In this document: one piece after another, positions 9,764 to 18,645 of the stretch
How the letters are laid out: each line of letters starts with the position of its first letter
How positions within the stretch are numbered: the first letter of the stretch is position 1
Source of the DNA: an uncultured Acidobacteriaceae bacterium
GTDB taxonomy: Bacteria; Acidobacteriota; Terriglobia; Terriglobales; Acidobacteriaceae
Direction of reading: 5' to 3'
NCBI GenBank assembly: GCA_963816705.1
Contig: CAWFLZ010000010.1
Coordinates: forward strand, 301,764-333,763
Length of the DNA stretch: 32,000 bases
Made by a program: the position numbers and the translations under genes
Notes under the pieces: model-generated
Told to the model about the DNA's origin: nothing
What the model saw: the letters and a program-made list of their open reading frames with translations, nothing else
The model's database searches: none

Positions 9764-10114
9764 GTGACCGGAACAAGGCCTTTGGAGAGCTGTTCCTGTC
9801 CGGGAAGGCGCGTCAGAATGGGATTTCCGCCGAACATTGCGGAAACATCGAAGCCCATGCCTATGACGTTTGGTACCGGCCTTGCCTGCTTTCTCGCTCA
9901 TACCGTTGGCGCGCGGACCGAAATCCTCCGCTCCTCATCCTTCCCGGAGTCCAAGACGCTGATTCTGATGGGCGGAGGGCTGATCCTGCTGGCCAGCCTG
10001 GTGCGGTGGCTTTACCCCTTGGGAGGCATCGTGGCTCCCAAGAGCATGCAGGTGATTCTGTGGATCTCACCCAAAGAAGTTGTGGAGCATCTGTCCGGGC
10101 GGGAAAGCAGCTAA
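9764..10114 (+). CDS. Possible small membrane protein with PEP-CTERM-like segment
   Basis: Contains SSSFPESKTLILMGGGLILLASLVRWLYPLGG, a single hydrophobic helix. The start codon is uncertain and the N-terminal half has low coding quality. Confidence 0.3.
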   Translation: MTGTRPLESCSCPGRRVRMGFPPNIAETSKPMPMTFGTGLACFLAHTVGARTEILRSSSFPESKTLILMGGGLILLASLVRWLYPLGGIVAPKSMQVILWISPKEVVEHLSGRESS

Positions 10115-10150
10115 CGGTCCTTCTTTCGCTGTTTCGCGGCTGACCAAACC

Positions 10151-10552
10151 CTAAAATTCCAGGTATGACCCGGGGCGTGGCGGAAGCGCACCGTCCGTGC
10201 CGGTTGCCAGCAGGTTTTCGCCACCGCTTTTCCCGCCATCGTGCAGAGTTTCCCAAGCGGATTCAGTCAGCGCCGGGTCGGCGCCGACAATCTCTCGAAT
10301 CATTTGCCAGGCCGCCAGATTGAGCGCGCCTTCGGGAGCCGGTCCCATTGCCAGCGAGACCGAACAGGGCGGGCAGAAGGAGATTCGCTGGGCAGAAGAT
10401 TTTTGCCGCGGCCGAACGCCGACAGTCTGCGCAAAAAGATACACCGCGACCGACTTGTCGCCAGACTCGATCTCTCGATTACAGCGCAAACAATAGGAAT
10501 GTTCCACGCGTTGATGCGCCTCGCTCGGCGAGCGCCATCCTACTTTCGCCAA
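10151..10552 (-). CDS. Hypothetical protein with two CxxC pairs
   Basis: 133 aa with CLRC and CPPC pairs, consistent with a small zinc-binding protein. Confidence 0.55.
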   Translation of the reverse strand: MAKVGWRSPSEAHQRVEHSYCLRCNREIESGDKSVAVYLFAQTVGVRPRQKSSAQRISFCPPCSVSLAMGPAPEGALNLAAWQMIREIVGADPALTESAWETLHDGGKSGGENLLATGTDGALPPRPGSYLEF

Positions 10553-10610
10553 TGCGCAGGCTGCCTAGCAAGTATGCAGGAAGATTCCCACGAAGAACCG
10601 AGAGTTGCCA

Positions 10611-12035
10611 CTAAACGGCCCCGCTGGCTTCCGCGCGCTTCCTGATTACCCTGAGCATGCCGGAAAAAATCATCGCGTGAACCGGGTACAAGCCGCACCA
10701 ATAGATCTCTCCGGCCAGACCGCGCGGCTGGAACCATGCGCAGCACTGCAGCAGCGTCCGGTCATGGGGCCGGGGTGTAAGGTTGAATTGCAGCCATGCT
10801 GCGCCCGGCACCTTCATTTCTGCCCGCAGCAGAACATCGCTCGGCGCGTCGGCGCGTTCGACCTGCCAGAAGTCGATCACATCGCCGGCTTCGATACCGG
10901 ACGCTCGTGACCGCCCACGTTTCATGCCTACGCCTCCCATGAGTCGATCGATCCAACCCCGCGCAGACCACAGAAAGTTCGCGTAGAACCAGCCGTTCTT
11001 CCCTCCGACGTTGCCGATGAACTTAAACACGCGCCCGGGGGGAGCGTCGACGATCGTTTCCCTCACGTCGCAGATGATCCCCTCGGCGCGAAATGTCCGG
11101 TGCGACGCTCCGCCCATGCTCGGCAGAGGCATCAAAGGCGCCGGCCTCTCCAGTGCTCGTTGGACGGCGGCGGCATACGACATCGGGCGGATCGAAGGAA
11201 ATAGTCGGGCGGCCAGCGCATTGGTGCAAATGGATTCGCTTCGGAGCCCCTCGATGAGCGGGCGAGATACGGCGGGCGGCACCGGCGTGACGAAGTCCAG
11301 CCAATAGGACGACAACCGCGGAGTCAGCACCGGAACGCGCATCAGCCATCGCCCTAGCCCACGATGCCGGGCATACGCAAGCATCATGCTGCGATAGGTC
11401 TCGATTGTCGAACCGCCGACCTCGATGGGCTCTTCCACCGCCTCGCGCAGGTCAAGCGCGGCTTCGAGGTATTCGAGTACATCGCTAACTGCTATCGGCT
11501 GAGTTCTTGTCACGACCCAACGAGGACAGATCATGACCGGCAGCCGTTCCGTCAGGCAGCGAATGATTTCGAAAGACGTACTGCCGTTGCCGACGATGAT
11601 GCCGGCCCGCAGCTCGATCAGAGGCGGCCCAAATTCTCGCAACACCGCGCCCGTTTCGTGCCGGCTCTTGAGATGCGCTGAAACCGAAGCTCCAGTCGCC
11701 GCCAGACCACCTAGGTAGATCACCCGTCGCACCCCGCACTGCTTCGCTGCGATGGCGAAGTTGTGGGCGGCCTGCCGGTCCCGCGATTCAAACCCTTCGA
11801 CTCTCCCGGACATCGAGTGTATGAGGTAGTAGGCGACATCGATTCCGTCGAGCGCCGGTGGAAGTGTCTCGGCTCGCAACGCATCCGCCTCGACGAACTT
11901 GATTTGCGCGGAGTGAAGTTGGGGGGCGCGCCCGGCATTACGGACAATGCAGGTGACGTCGTGACCCACCGCCGAGAGTTTTTCCGCCAGTTGCCGTCCA
12001 ATGTAGCCGGAGGCGCCAGTCACCAGGACCCTCAT
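10611..12035 (-). CDS. SDR family NAD(P)-binding oxidoreductase with C-terminal DUF2867 (YbjT-like)
   Basis: MRVLVTGASGYIGRQLAEKLSAVGHDVTCIVR Rossmann start. The C-terminal GWFYANFLWSARGWIDRLMGGVGMKRGR...EAGDVIDFWQVE is characteristic of DUF2867. Confidence 0.9.
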   Translation of the reverse strand: MRVLVTGASGYIGRQLAEKLSAVGHDVTCIVRNAGRAPQLHSAQIKFVEADALRAETLPPALDGIDVAYYLIHSMSGRVEGFESRDRQAAHNFAIAAKQCGVRRVIYLGGLAATGASVSAHLKSRHETGAVLREFGPPLIELRAGIIVGNGSTSFEIIRCLTERLPVMICPRWVVTRTQPIAVSDVLEYLEAALDLREAVEEPIEVGGSTIETYRSMMLAYARHRGLGRWLMRVPVLTPRLSSYWLDFVTPVPPAVSRPLIEGLRSESICTNALAARLFPSIRPMSYAAAVQRALERPAPLMPLPSMGGASHRTFRAEGIICDVRETIVDAPPGRVFKFIGNVGGKNGWFYANFLWSARGWIDRLMGGVGMKRGRSRASGIEAGDVIDFWQVERADAPSDVLLRAEMKVPGAAWLQFNLTPRPHDRTLLQCCAWFQPRGLAGEIYWCGLYPVHAMIFSGMLRVIRKRAEASGAV

Positions 12036-12514
12036 GCTGCGCCTTCATTCAGGCGCCAAATTCCGAAGTTCAAGTAGGAAGCGTAGAGGACCCATGCGCC
12101 GTAGGGTGTCATAAGCCAAAAGGCGAGGCGTGAGGATTCCGCGAATCGCATGGCGGTCGTGGCAATGGCCGCCAACAAAACGATGATTTCGACCAGCGCC
12201 GCTCCCGGCCTTCTCAGACCGAAGAAGACGACCGACCAGAGTCCGTTGAGGATCAATCGCACCATGAACAGAGCCAGTGCCAACCCCACGTCTTTGTGAA
12301 TTCGCTGCCGCCACACTAGCCAAGCCGCCGCCGCCATCAGCGCGTAAAGGATTGACCAGACCGGACCGAAGACCCATGGCGGCGGAGTGCCCGCGGGCTT
12401 CCGCAGACCGGGATACCATGTTTTCACCGAGCGTGCCGTGAATAACGATCCGCTCGCGGCCACCGTGAAACAAATTCCAAAGATGATCGCGAGCCCGATC
12501 CAGTCCCTAGGCAT
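12032..12514 (-). CDS. tspO: TspO/MBR (tryptophan-rich sensory protein) family
   Basis: KTWYPGLRKPAGTPPPWVFGPVWSILYALMAAAAWLVWR and LNGLWSVVFFGLRRPGAALVEI. The stop overlaps the SDR ATG and the start overlaps the photolyase 3' end. Confidence 0.92.
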   Translation of the reverse strand: MPRDWIGLAIIFGICFTVAASGSLFTARSVKTWYPGLRKPAGTPPPWVFGPVWSILYALMAAAAWLVWRQRIHKDVGLALALFMVRLILNGLWSVVFFGLRRPGAALVEIIVLLAAIATTAMRFAESSRLAFWLMTPYGAWVLYASYLNFGIWRLNEGAA

Positions 12515-13892
12515 GGCTCCGCTCCCTCGTGCCGATCTGTGCAATGTAACGCTTTGAGTCGAACTTCCGTCCGGTGCTGGCCAGCGACATATATCGTACC
12601 TGTCCAAACACGGGTCGCTCGAACCAGGGCCGATCGTGCTTGCCTACAATGGCCCATGCAATGCCCGCGTAGCCGTTAGGATCGCGGCCGTCAAGTTCAT
12701 AACGGTCATTGAGCCAAACCGCACGTTGGTAAGCGGTCGCAACCGACGGACTCCACTCCAGGATTTTCTTGGCCCAATACATCCGCATGTAGTTGTGCAT
12801 CCAGCCCGTCAGGACCATTTGTTTCTGAGCGGCGTTCCACAGAGGATCGTGAGTCTCCGCCTGCTCGAGCTGTTGTTCATCGTAAACAATCGGGCGGCGG
12901 TCGCCCGAGTGTTGCGCAAAAGAGCGATCCGCCCATGGCTCGAGGCATTCGAAGGAATCATAGTGTGAGTTGTAACGGACGAAATTCACCGAGAGTTCAC
13001 GTCGGATAATCAATTGTTCCAGAAATGCCTGCTTGGCAACCGCCGGCGCGGATGCCGCCTGCACGGCCTGCGCGATGGTGAGGGGACCGATATGGCCAAA
13101 GTGGAGATAGGGCGACAGCTCGCTGGTTCCGGAAAGTTCCGGGTGATTCCGGTCTCTGGGATAATTCCGCAACCCGTGTTTGACGAAATCAGCCAGAATG
13201 CTTAGCGCACGCGTGGTTCCACCCTGCCAGGTTTCCACCGGCGAAACGGAGCGATCGAGGGACCAGCCGGCGGTGAAATCCTCATGCACCGAAAGTGACT
13301 GCAGGGTTCGCGGCTTGTTCCAGGGTATTCGCGCTTTGACCACTCTCGTTGGAACGAGAAACTGAGGCAAGAGTTCCTGGAGTCGCGGGCGGATCGTGCG
13401 AGCGCCAAAATGCTCTTTACCAAGCAGCCGCCAGGGCACGACGACATCGGCATCGACCGTCCAGAGAGGTACTTTCAAATCCTGAGCGGCGCGAACTCGC
13501 CAGCGCTCCGTTTCGCGCAAGGGATTTTCGTCGCCAATTACGATCGCCGGGCGGACCTCTTCACAAGACCTTCTTAAGCTGTGTTCAGGGAACGTCCGCA
13601 GCACAAAGCCGACATTGCGCTTGCAGAGCCCCTCTTCAATGTCCGGAATTCCGGAGGCGAGAAAGCGGTAGTGACGCAGATTGGCGTGCGGATAATAAGG
13701 AACGGGGGCAAGGAAAGCAACCACCGGCTTCCCGAGTTCGTTGCCAAGCTCGACCGCCATATCCAAAGCCGGGTTGTCCAATGCCCGCTGGGCCCGCTGC
13801 ATCCAGTAGACCACGCACTCCCCTTCTGGATTCGGCGCTCCGGGTTTCCGCACGGTGATGCGGGGGTCGAGACTGAGTGTTTTGATTCCCAT
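12507..13892 (-). CDS. phr: Class II deoxyribodipyrimidine (CPD) photolyase
   Basis: CVVYWMQRAQRALDNPALDMAVELGNELGKPVVAF N-terminus and ...YAGIAWAIVGKHDRPWFERPVFGQVRYMSLASTGRKFD C-terminus match class II photolyases. Confidence 0.92.
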   Translation of the reverse strand: MGIKTLSLDPRITVRKPGAPNPEGECVVYWMQRAQRALDNPALDMAVELGNELGKPVVAFLAPVPYYPHANLRHYRFLASGIPDIEEGLCKRNVGFVLRTFPEHSLRRSCEEVRPAIVIGDENPLRETERWRVRAAQDLKVPLWTVDADVVVPWRLLGKEHFGARTIRPRLQELLPQFLVPTRVVKARIPWNKPRTLQSLSVHEDFTAGWSLDRSVSPVETWQGGTTRALSILADFVKHGLRNYPRDRNHPELSGTSELSPYLHFGHIGPLTIAQAVQAASAPAVAKQAFLEQLIIRRELSVNFVRYNSHYDSFECLEPWADRSFAQHSGDRRPIVYDEQQLEQAETHDPLWNAAQKQMVLTGWMHNYMRMYWAKKILEWSPSVATAYQRAVWLNDRYELDGRDPNGYAGIAWAIVGKHDRPWFERPVFGQVRYMSLASTGRKFDSKRYIAQIGTRERSHA

Positions 13893-13959
13893 CCCAGGTA
13901 AAAAAGTGGGAGAGAACGCATAGTCGTTCTCCCCCGTCTTCCTCTATCTTCCTCTAACT

Positions 13960-14214
13960 CTAACGAGCGCGAGCCGGAGCCGATTCGTGTCCCCAGCGAT
14001 GCTGAATAGCCTTGAAAGAGACGGCCTGGTACAGCGCCGCCAGGCCGACCAGCGTGTACACCCCGGAACTGAGGGTTGAAGTTTCGCCGAATTTCATGCC
14101 GAAAATAGCGGCCACCAGGTCGAAGTGCGCAACCCCCACCAGACCCCAGTTCAGCCCGCCCACTACAAGAAGTACAGCTGCGACCACATCTAACGTTTTC
14201 ATCTTTTCCTCCAT
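13960..14214 (-). CDS. DUF378 domain-containing small membrane protein
   Basis: MKTLDVVAAVLLVVGGLNWGLVGVAHFDLVAAIFG is the classic DUF378 signature. Confidence 0.85.
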   Translation of the reverse strand: MEEKMKTLDVVAAVLLVVGGLNWGLVGVAHFDLVAAIFGMKFGETSTLSSGVYTLVGLAALYQAVSFKAIQHRWGHESAPARAR

Positions 14215-14217
14215 TAT

Positions 14218-14705
14218 TTAGTCTTTGGGTAGAAGCACCGTGTCGATCACGTGGATCACACCGTTAGAGGCCAAAATATCGGCCTTCACGACCTTGGCGT
14301 CATTGACCATGACCGTGCCGTCATTGACCGTCAGTTTCAGCGTCCTGGCCATTGAGGGTTTTCACCGAAGACATGTTTCACCACCTGCGCCGCCGTCAGT
14401 CCGCCCGCCACCACGTGGTAAAGCAGGATGGCCTTCAACTTTTCCTTGTTCTCGGGCTTGAGAAGCGACTCGACTGTGCCCGCCGGCAGCTTGCTGAAGG
14501 CTTCGTCGGTCGGAGCAAACACGGTGAAAGGGCCCTTGCCTTTCAGGGTGTCAACCAGACCGGCGGCTTGAAGCGCCGTAGCCAGCGTTTTTAAAGTTCC
14601 CGCTGCCACCGCGGTGTCAACGATGTCCCTTTTTGCGGAGCCGGCGGCTGCGGGCATCGCGCTAGCCAGGACGCTGAGCATCAATGCAAAACTCGCCACT
14701 TTCAC
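14218..14705 (-). pseudogene. Fasciclin-domain secreted protein with two single-base insertions
   Basis: [60 protein letters not shown], then shifts at about 14375 (SSVKTLNGQ) and about 14345 ([41 protein letters not shown]). Total length is 3n+2. Confidence 0.85.
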
Positions 14706-14871
14706 GTTATCTCTCCTTAGGTTTTTATTTCTTGTTCTCTCTGTTTTCTGTTGCTCTTTGGCCTGTCTGCTGTATTAACTATAGAGAACAATCATTTGAA
14801 CAACACGATAAACAACCGAATCCTGCAACTCGTGTGAGCGCCAGTCAAAAGTTCAGTCCGCTCTTGTACTG

Positions 14872-15477
14872 GTGAGAAAAGAGAGGAAGCGAGTGGTCAA
14901 CAAAACAATTGTCGAAGGGCTTCGGCCCTATGCCCTCGGGGAAAAACTGCGGGGCCTGCGGCTGCGCAGAAGCATGGGCCTGGTGGAATTGGGCAAGCAC
15001 ACTGGCCTCTCCGCGGCGATGCTCTCAAAACTGGAACGTGGCAAACTGTTCCCCACGCTCCCCACGCTCCTGCGTATCGCTTTGGTGTTCGGGGTGGGGC
15101 TGGAATATTTCTTCACCGACGAGCGCAAGCGTCATGTGGTGGCGATCGCACGCAAGAAGGAGCGCTTGCGCTTTCCAGACACTCCGGACGGAAGGACCAT
15201 CGCGTACAACTTCGAGAGCCTGGACTTCAAGGCCACCGAACGCAAGCTCAATGGTTTCTACGCGGAATTCGAACCCGTTGACTCCGGCAAGTCGCGGCCT
15301 CACCAGCATCCGGGCGTGGAGTTGCTTTTTCTGATCTCCGGGAAACTGGACCTCACCATCGGCTCCGAGACGTTCAACCTTGAATCGGGGGACGCCGCGT
15401 ACTTTGATTCAGGAGTGCGCCACAGCTATCACCGTGCCAGCAAAAGCCCGTGCACCGGCGTCATCGTCACCGCCTGA
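14872..15477 (+). CDS. XRE-family HTH transcriptional regulator with cupin domain
   Basis: LRGLRLRRSMGLVELGKHTGLSAAMLSKLERGKLFPTLPTLLRIALVFGVGLEYFF (HTH_3), then HQHPGVELLFLISGKLDLTIGSETFNLESGDAAYFDSGVRHSYH (cupin_2). Confidence 0.92.
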   Translation: MRKERKRVVNKTIVEGLRPYALGEKLRGLRLRRSMGLVELGKHTGLSAAMLSKLERGKLFPTLPTLLRIALVFGVGLEYFFTDERKRHVVAIARKKERLRFPDTPDGRTIAYNFESLDFKATERKLNGFYAEFEPVDSGKSRPHQHPGVELLFLISGKLDLTIGSETFNLESGDAAYFDSGVRHSYHRASKSPCTGVIVTA

Positions 15478-15497
15478 CAAAGTCACCGCCTGACAAA
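15466..15497 (+). repeat. Perfect 16-bp tandem duplication spanning the stop codon
   Basis: GTCACCGCCTGACAAA repeated twice back to back. Confidence 0.9.
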
Positions 15498-15761
15498 CCG
15501 CAGCCCCCATACGCCGACCCCCAACGGCCCTCATCGCACTCTCCTCCACGTAAGCAGATCGCTTATCGCGAAAGCTCGCAAATCCAATTTACTTCCCACG
15601 TCTTTCCCCCATCCGGCGAGAACGACTGTTCCATGCGTGAGGAGTTGGACACTACGTGTAATTCATTCCATAACAATGTCGGGATTTAACGTCAACCGAC
15701 TGCTGCGGGGATATAATCATCTGTCTTAGTCACCAAGAGCGAACGCTCGATTGGAAACTGC

Positions 15762-17108
15762 ATGTTGCAAGCTAGGATTCGCTTAGCCACGGTTTTTGCT
15801 GTTAGTTTGCTGTTTGCTGCTCCACTTTCAGGTCAGGCTGATGAAGATGTCCACCGATGTATAACAGAGGCGAACGCTGACCTCGCGATCAACTACTGCA
15901 GCCGGGCAATCGAGTCTGAAACTCTTCCTACTACCTCCATGCTCGCAATTAGCTTACACAGCCGTGGTGTCGCGTACTACAAGAAGCACGACTACGACAA
16001 CGCCATTCAAAACCACGATCGCGCCATCCAGTTGAAGCCGCAGTTCGCCCAAGCTTTCTACGATCGCGGGCTTGCCTACTACTCCAAGTCAGAATATGAC
16101 CAAGCCATTCAGGACTTTGACGAGGCCGTTCAGCTCAACCCAGAGTCCAGCGTGGCCTTTAACAGCCGCGGAACTATATACGGCCTCAAGGGAGACACTG
16201 ATAGCGCAGTGCAAGACTTCGATGAGGCCATCCGGCTGAAGCCGGATTATGCTGCTGTCTACTACAATCGCGGCATTTCCTACTACTACAAGTCCGACGA
16301 CGACCGGGCAATTCAGGATTATGACGAAGCCATCCGATTGAAGCCCGACTTCGAACCTGCCATCCACAATCGCGGCCTTGCCTTCAAACGCAAGGGAGAT
16401 TTGGACCGTGCTCTCCAGGATTTGGACGAATCCGTTCGCCTCGATCCCAAGGATGCTCTCGCGTTTTGTAATCGCGGGAGTGTCTATGCGGAAAAAGGAG
16501 AGTTTGACCGTGCTATCCAAGAGTACAGCCAATCCATTCGGCTCAATCCCCGTGATACAGACACTCTCTATCGTCGCGGTAATGCCTACGCGACAAAGGG
16601 AGACTTTCCTCGCGCACTCCAGGACCTAGATGAGGCGATCCGGGTGCAACCTACATATGAATCCTTGGTGTCTCGTGGCAACATCCGCTTCGAACAAGGT
16701 GACTTCGCGGCCTCGGTGCCTGATTTCGCCAAAAGCAGCCAACTCGAGCCGACGGATATGTACAGCATGATGTGGCTTTATATCGCACGAAGCCGTGCCG
16801 GACTCAACCCAGACGGTGCTCTGAGCGGTTCCCAAAAGCTAGACCTGACGTCATGGCCCGGTCTCCTGATCTCTCTATACCGTGGCGAAATCTCTCCAAG
16901 CTCTGTGATGGAGGCCGCTGCGGATACCGATCCGAAGAAGCAAAGCAACCAGATGTGCGATGCCCATTTTTATATTGCCGAGTACGACGTGCTACGGGGG
17001 CTTCGCGACGAAGCGACCCGAGAATTACAGGCGAGCATCGATACTTGTCCCGCAACTACCCTCGAATACAGGGCTGCAAAGGCCGATCTGAAGCGCGTTG
17101 CACGCTGA
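15762..17108 (+). CDS. Tetratricopeptide repeat protein, secreted
   Basis: Signal peptide plus more than eight 34-aa TPR units such as AFNSRGTIYGLKGDTDSAVQDFDEAIRLKPDYAAVYYNRGISYYYKSDDDRAIQDYDEAIRLKPDF. Confidence 0.95.
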   Translation: MLQARIRLATVFAVSLLFAAPLSGQADEDVHRCITEANADLAINYCSRAIESETLPTTSMLAISLHSRGVAYYKKHDYDNAIQNHDRAIQLKPQFAQAFYDRGLAYYSKSEYDQAIQDFDEAVQLNPESSVAFNSRGTIYGLKGDTDSAVQDFDEAIRLKPDYAAVYYNRGISYYYKSDDDRAIQDYDEAIRLKPDFEPAIHNRGLAFKRKGDLDRALQDLDESVRLDPKDALAFCNRGSVYAEKGEFDRAIQEYSQSIRLNPRDTDTLYRRGNAYATKGDFPRALQDLDEAIRVQPTYESLVSRGNIRFEQGDFAASVPDFAKSSQLEPTDMYSMMWLYIARSRAGLNPDGALSGSQKLDLTSWPGLLISLYRGEISPSSVMEAAADTDPKKQSNQMCDAHFYIAEYDVLRGLRDEATRELQASIDTCPATTLEYRAAKADLKRVAR

Positions 17109-17124
17109 GGTGTTGATAACAGGC

Positions 17125-17268
17125 GGCTGTCGAAAAACTTTTTTCCTGAAAACTGCGAAACCTAGATTGCGTCAGGATGATTTACAAGCGACTTTCTCGA
17201 TGCGGGTAGACATTTTCTATCCCTGAATTTGAGACCGTTTTTCGGGGAAAGAGACTTTTTCAACACCC
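17125..17268. mobile_element. MITE-like / miniature non-autonomous IS (144 bp)
   Basis: Imperfect terminal inverted repeats (GGCTGTCGAAAAACTTTTTTCC / reverse complement of the right end GGGTGTTGAAAAAGTCTCTTTC) flanked by the direct repeat ACAGGC (17119-17124 and 17269-17274). No ORF inside. Confidence 0.7.
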
Positions 17269-17491
17269 ACAGGCGTTTGCATTCATCGACACCCGAGGCA
17301 TCAGTCCACCTCCAAAATGCGGATCGGCAAGACTGAGTCGCAATGGCCGAAGCTCACCCAAGGATCACGAACCGCGGCTTCCCAGTGACGCGAGGCGCGC
17401 CATGCAGACAAGTGTCGTGCAACTCACCGGAATCAACGACGCGGCTAAACGCCATCATCGGAACCAAGTTGTGATCTAGTCAAGAACGGCA

Positions 17492-18304
17492 GTGAACGGG
17501 CAGTCTACTTGCGTGGGAACGAGCGTGAGATCGAACGTGGGAACGACCGCCGCATCACGACAAATAGGTAAGTCAGCCGCCGACCTTGCGCGGCCAACCG
17601 TCCGCCAGCAAGTCGCCGCCGTTTGCTATCGCACCGGCACACGGGGAATTGAATTCCTGCTGGTGCGCACGCGCGGCGGACGCTGGATTTTTCCCAAGGG
17701 CGGCGTCGAAGCGGGCCTTACCCAGGCGCAGTCGGCGGCGCTCGAAGCATTCGAAGAAGCCGGCGTTCACGGCCGAATCGAAGAGATGCCGTTCGCCCGC
17801 TACCGTCTCGCGAACGCTGTCAGTCAGAAAGAGAAATCAATTCGCAAGAAGCTAATTCGCAACCGGAAGGAATCTCGCGCCCGGGATCGATCCGCCCGCC
17901 CCTACGCGGACGACGAAACGGTCACCGCTCATCTCTGCGAAGTCTCTCATCTCGAAGCGCCGCAGGAAGCCTATCGCACCCCCACCTGGTTTTCGCCCGA
18001 AAAGGCGAAGCGCCGGCTGATGGAAAATCGTGACCACGATTTGGGCGAGGAGTTGTCCGGCGTCGTCGATCGCGCGGTGTCGCGCATTCGGCGGCTGGAG
18101 GCAAGCGCCGGCAAGGAATTTCAAAACGATGCGCTGCGCAAGGTGCGCTTTGAGGCGTTCGAAGATATGCACTTGGCGCGCTCAGGAAATCCCGCCCGAT
18201 TGCGCCGGCTCTTGATAGACGCCCGCAACCCGCGGCCTGCGGCCGCTATTGAGGTCGAAGCGCCAGTGCCTGTTTTGCGGCACAAGAAGAATTACGTTCA
18301 GTGA
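17492..18304 (+). CDS. NUDIX hydrolase domain-containing protein
   Basis: GRWIFPKGGVEAGLTQAQSAALEAFEEAGVHG is a Nudix box with the EExG core intact. The annotated start is uncertain. Confidence 0.85.
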   Translation: MNGQSTCVGTSVRSNVGTTAASRQIGKSAADLARPTVRQQVAAVCYRTGTRGIEFLLVRTRGGRWIFPKGGVEAGLTQAQSAALEAFEEAGVHGRIEEMPFARYRLANAVSQKEKSIRKKLIRNRKESRARDRSARPYADDETVTAHLCEVSHLEAPQEAYRTPTWFSPEKAKRRLMENRDHDLGEELSGVVDRAVSRIRRLEASAGKEFQNDALRKVRFEAFEDMHLARSGNPARLRRLLIDARNPRPAAAIEVEAPVPVLRHKKNYVQ

Positions 18305-18326
18305 GATTGCCTGCAGGGAGCGGACA

Positions 18327-18584
18327 ATGAAAGTGACTGTAGAGATCGATCAAAAATGGGTAAGAATCGTCCGCTCACCGATCTACTTTCTCGTGACTGC
18401 CTTGACCGGAGTTTCCGTTACGTTTGCTCCCTTATTTTTGTACTGGAGCGGCAAGGGCAAGTTCTATCCTGACCATGAAGGAATTGTTGTGCCGCTGTGT
18501 TTTGTCGTGATCTTTTGCATTCCGTGTTTCTATTTCCCGTTGGGCAATGCCGTGGCTAAAGAAATCAGGCAAAATTCAAAGTAA
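18327..18584 (+). CDS. Small membrane protein, hypothetical
   Basis: ATG 18327 preceded by GGGAG. MKVTVEIDQKWVRIVRSPIYFLVTALTGVSVTFAPLFLYWSG... contains two predicted transmembrane helices. Confidence 0.55.
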   Translation: MKVTVEIDQKWVRIVRSPIYFLVTALTGVSVTFAPLFLYWSGKGKFYPDHEGIVVPLCFVVIFCIPCFYFPLGNAVAKEIRQNSK

Positions 18585-18645
18585 CCCGCTACCCGATCCC
18601 GCGAAGCATTTGTTCAATTCCATTTCTGCGATACCATCTCTTGTG

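Noticed and set aside
16089-16532. 147-aa minus ORF with repeated hydrophobic units (VVGLVVVGNAAIVVDSSI).
   Set aside because: Periodicity is the antisense image of the TPR repeats.
15762-17108. Periodic DNA repeats considered as a possible CRISPR or tandem array.
   Set aside because: Period of about 102 bp corresponds exactly to 34-aa TPR units in an open reading frame.
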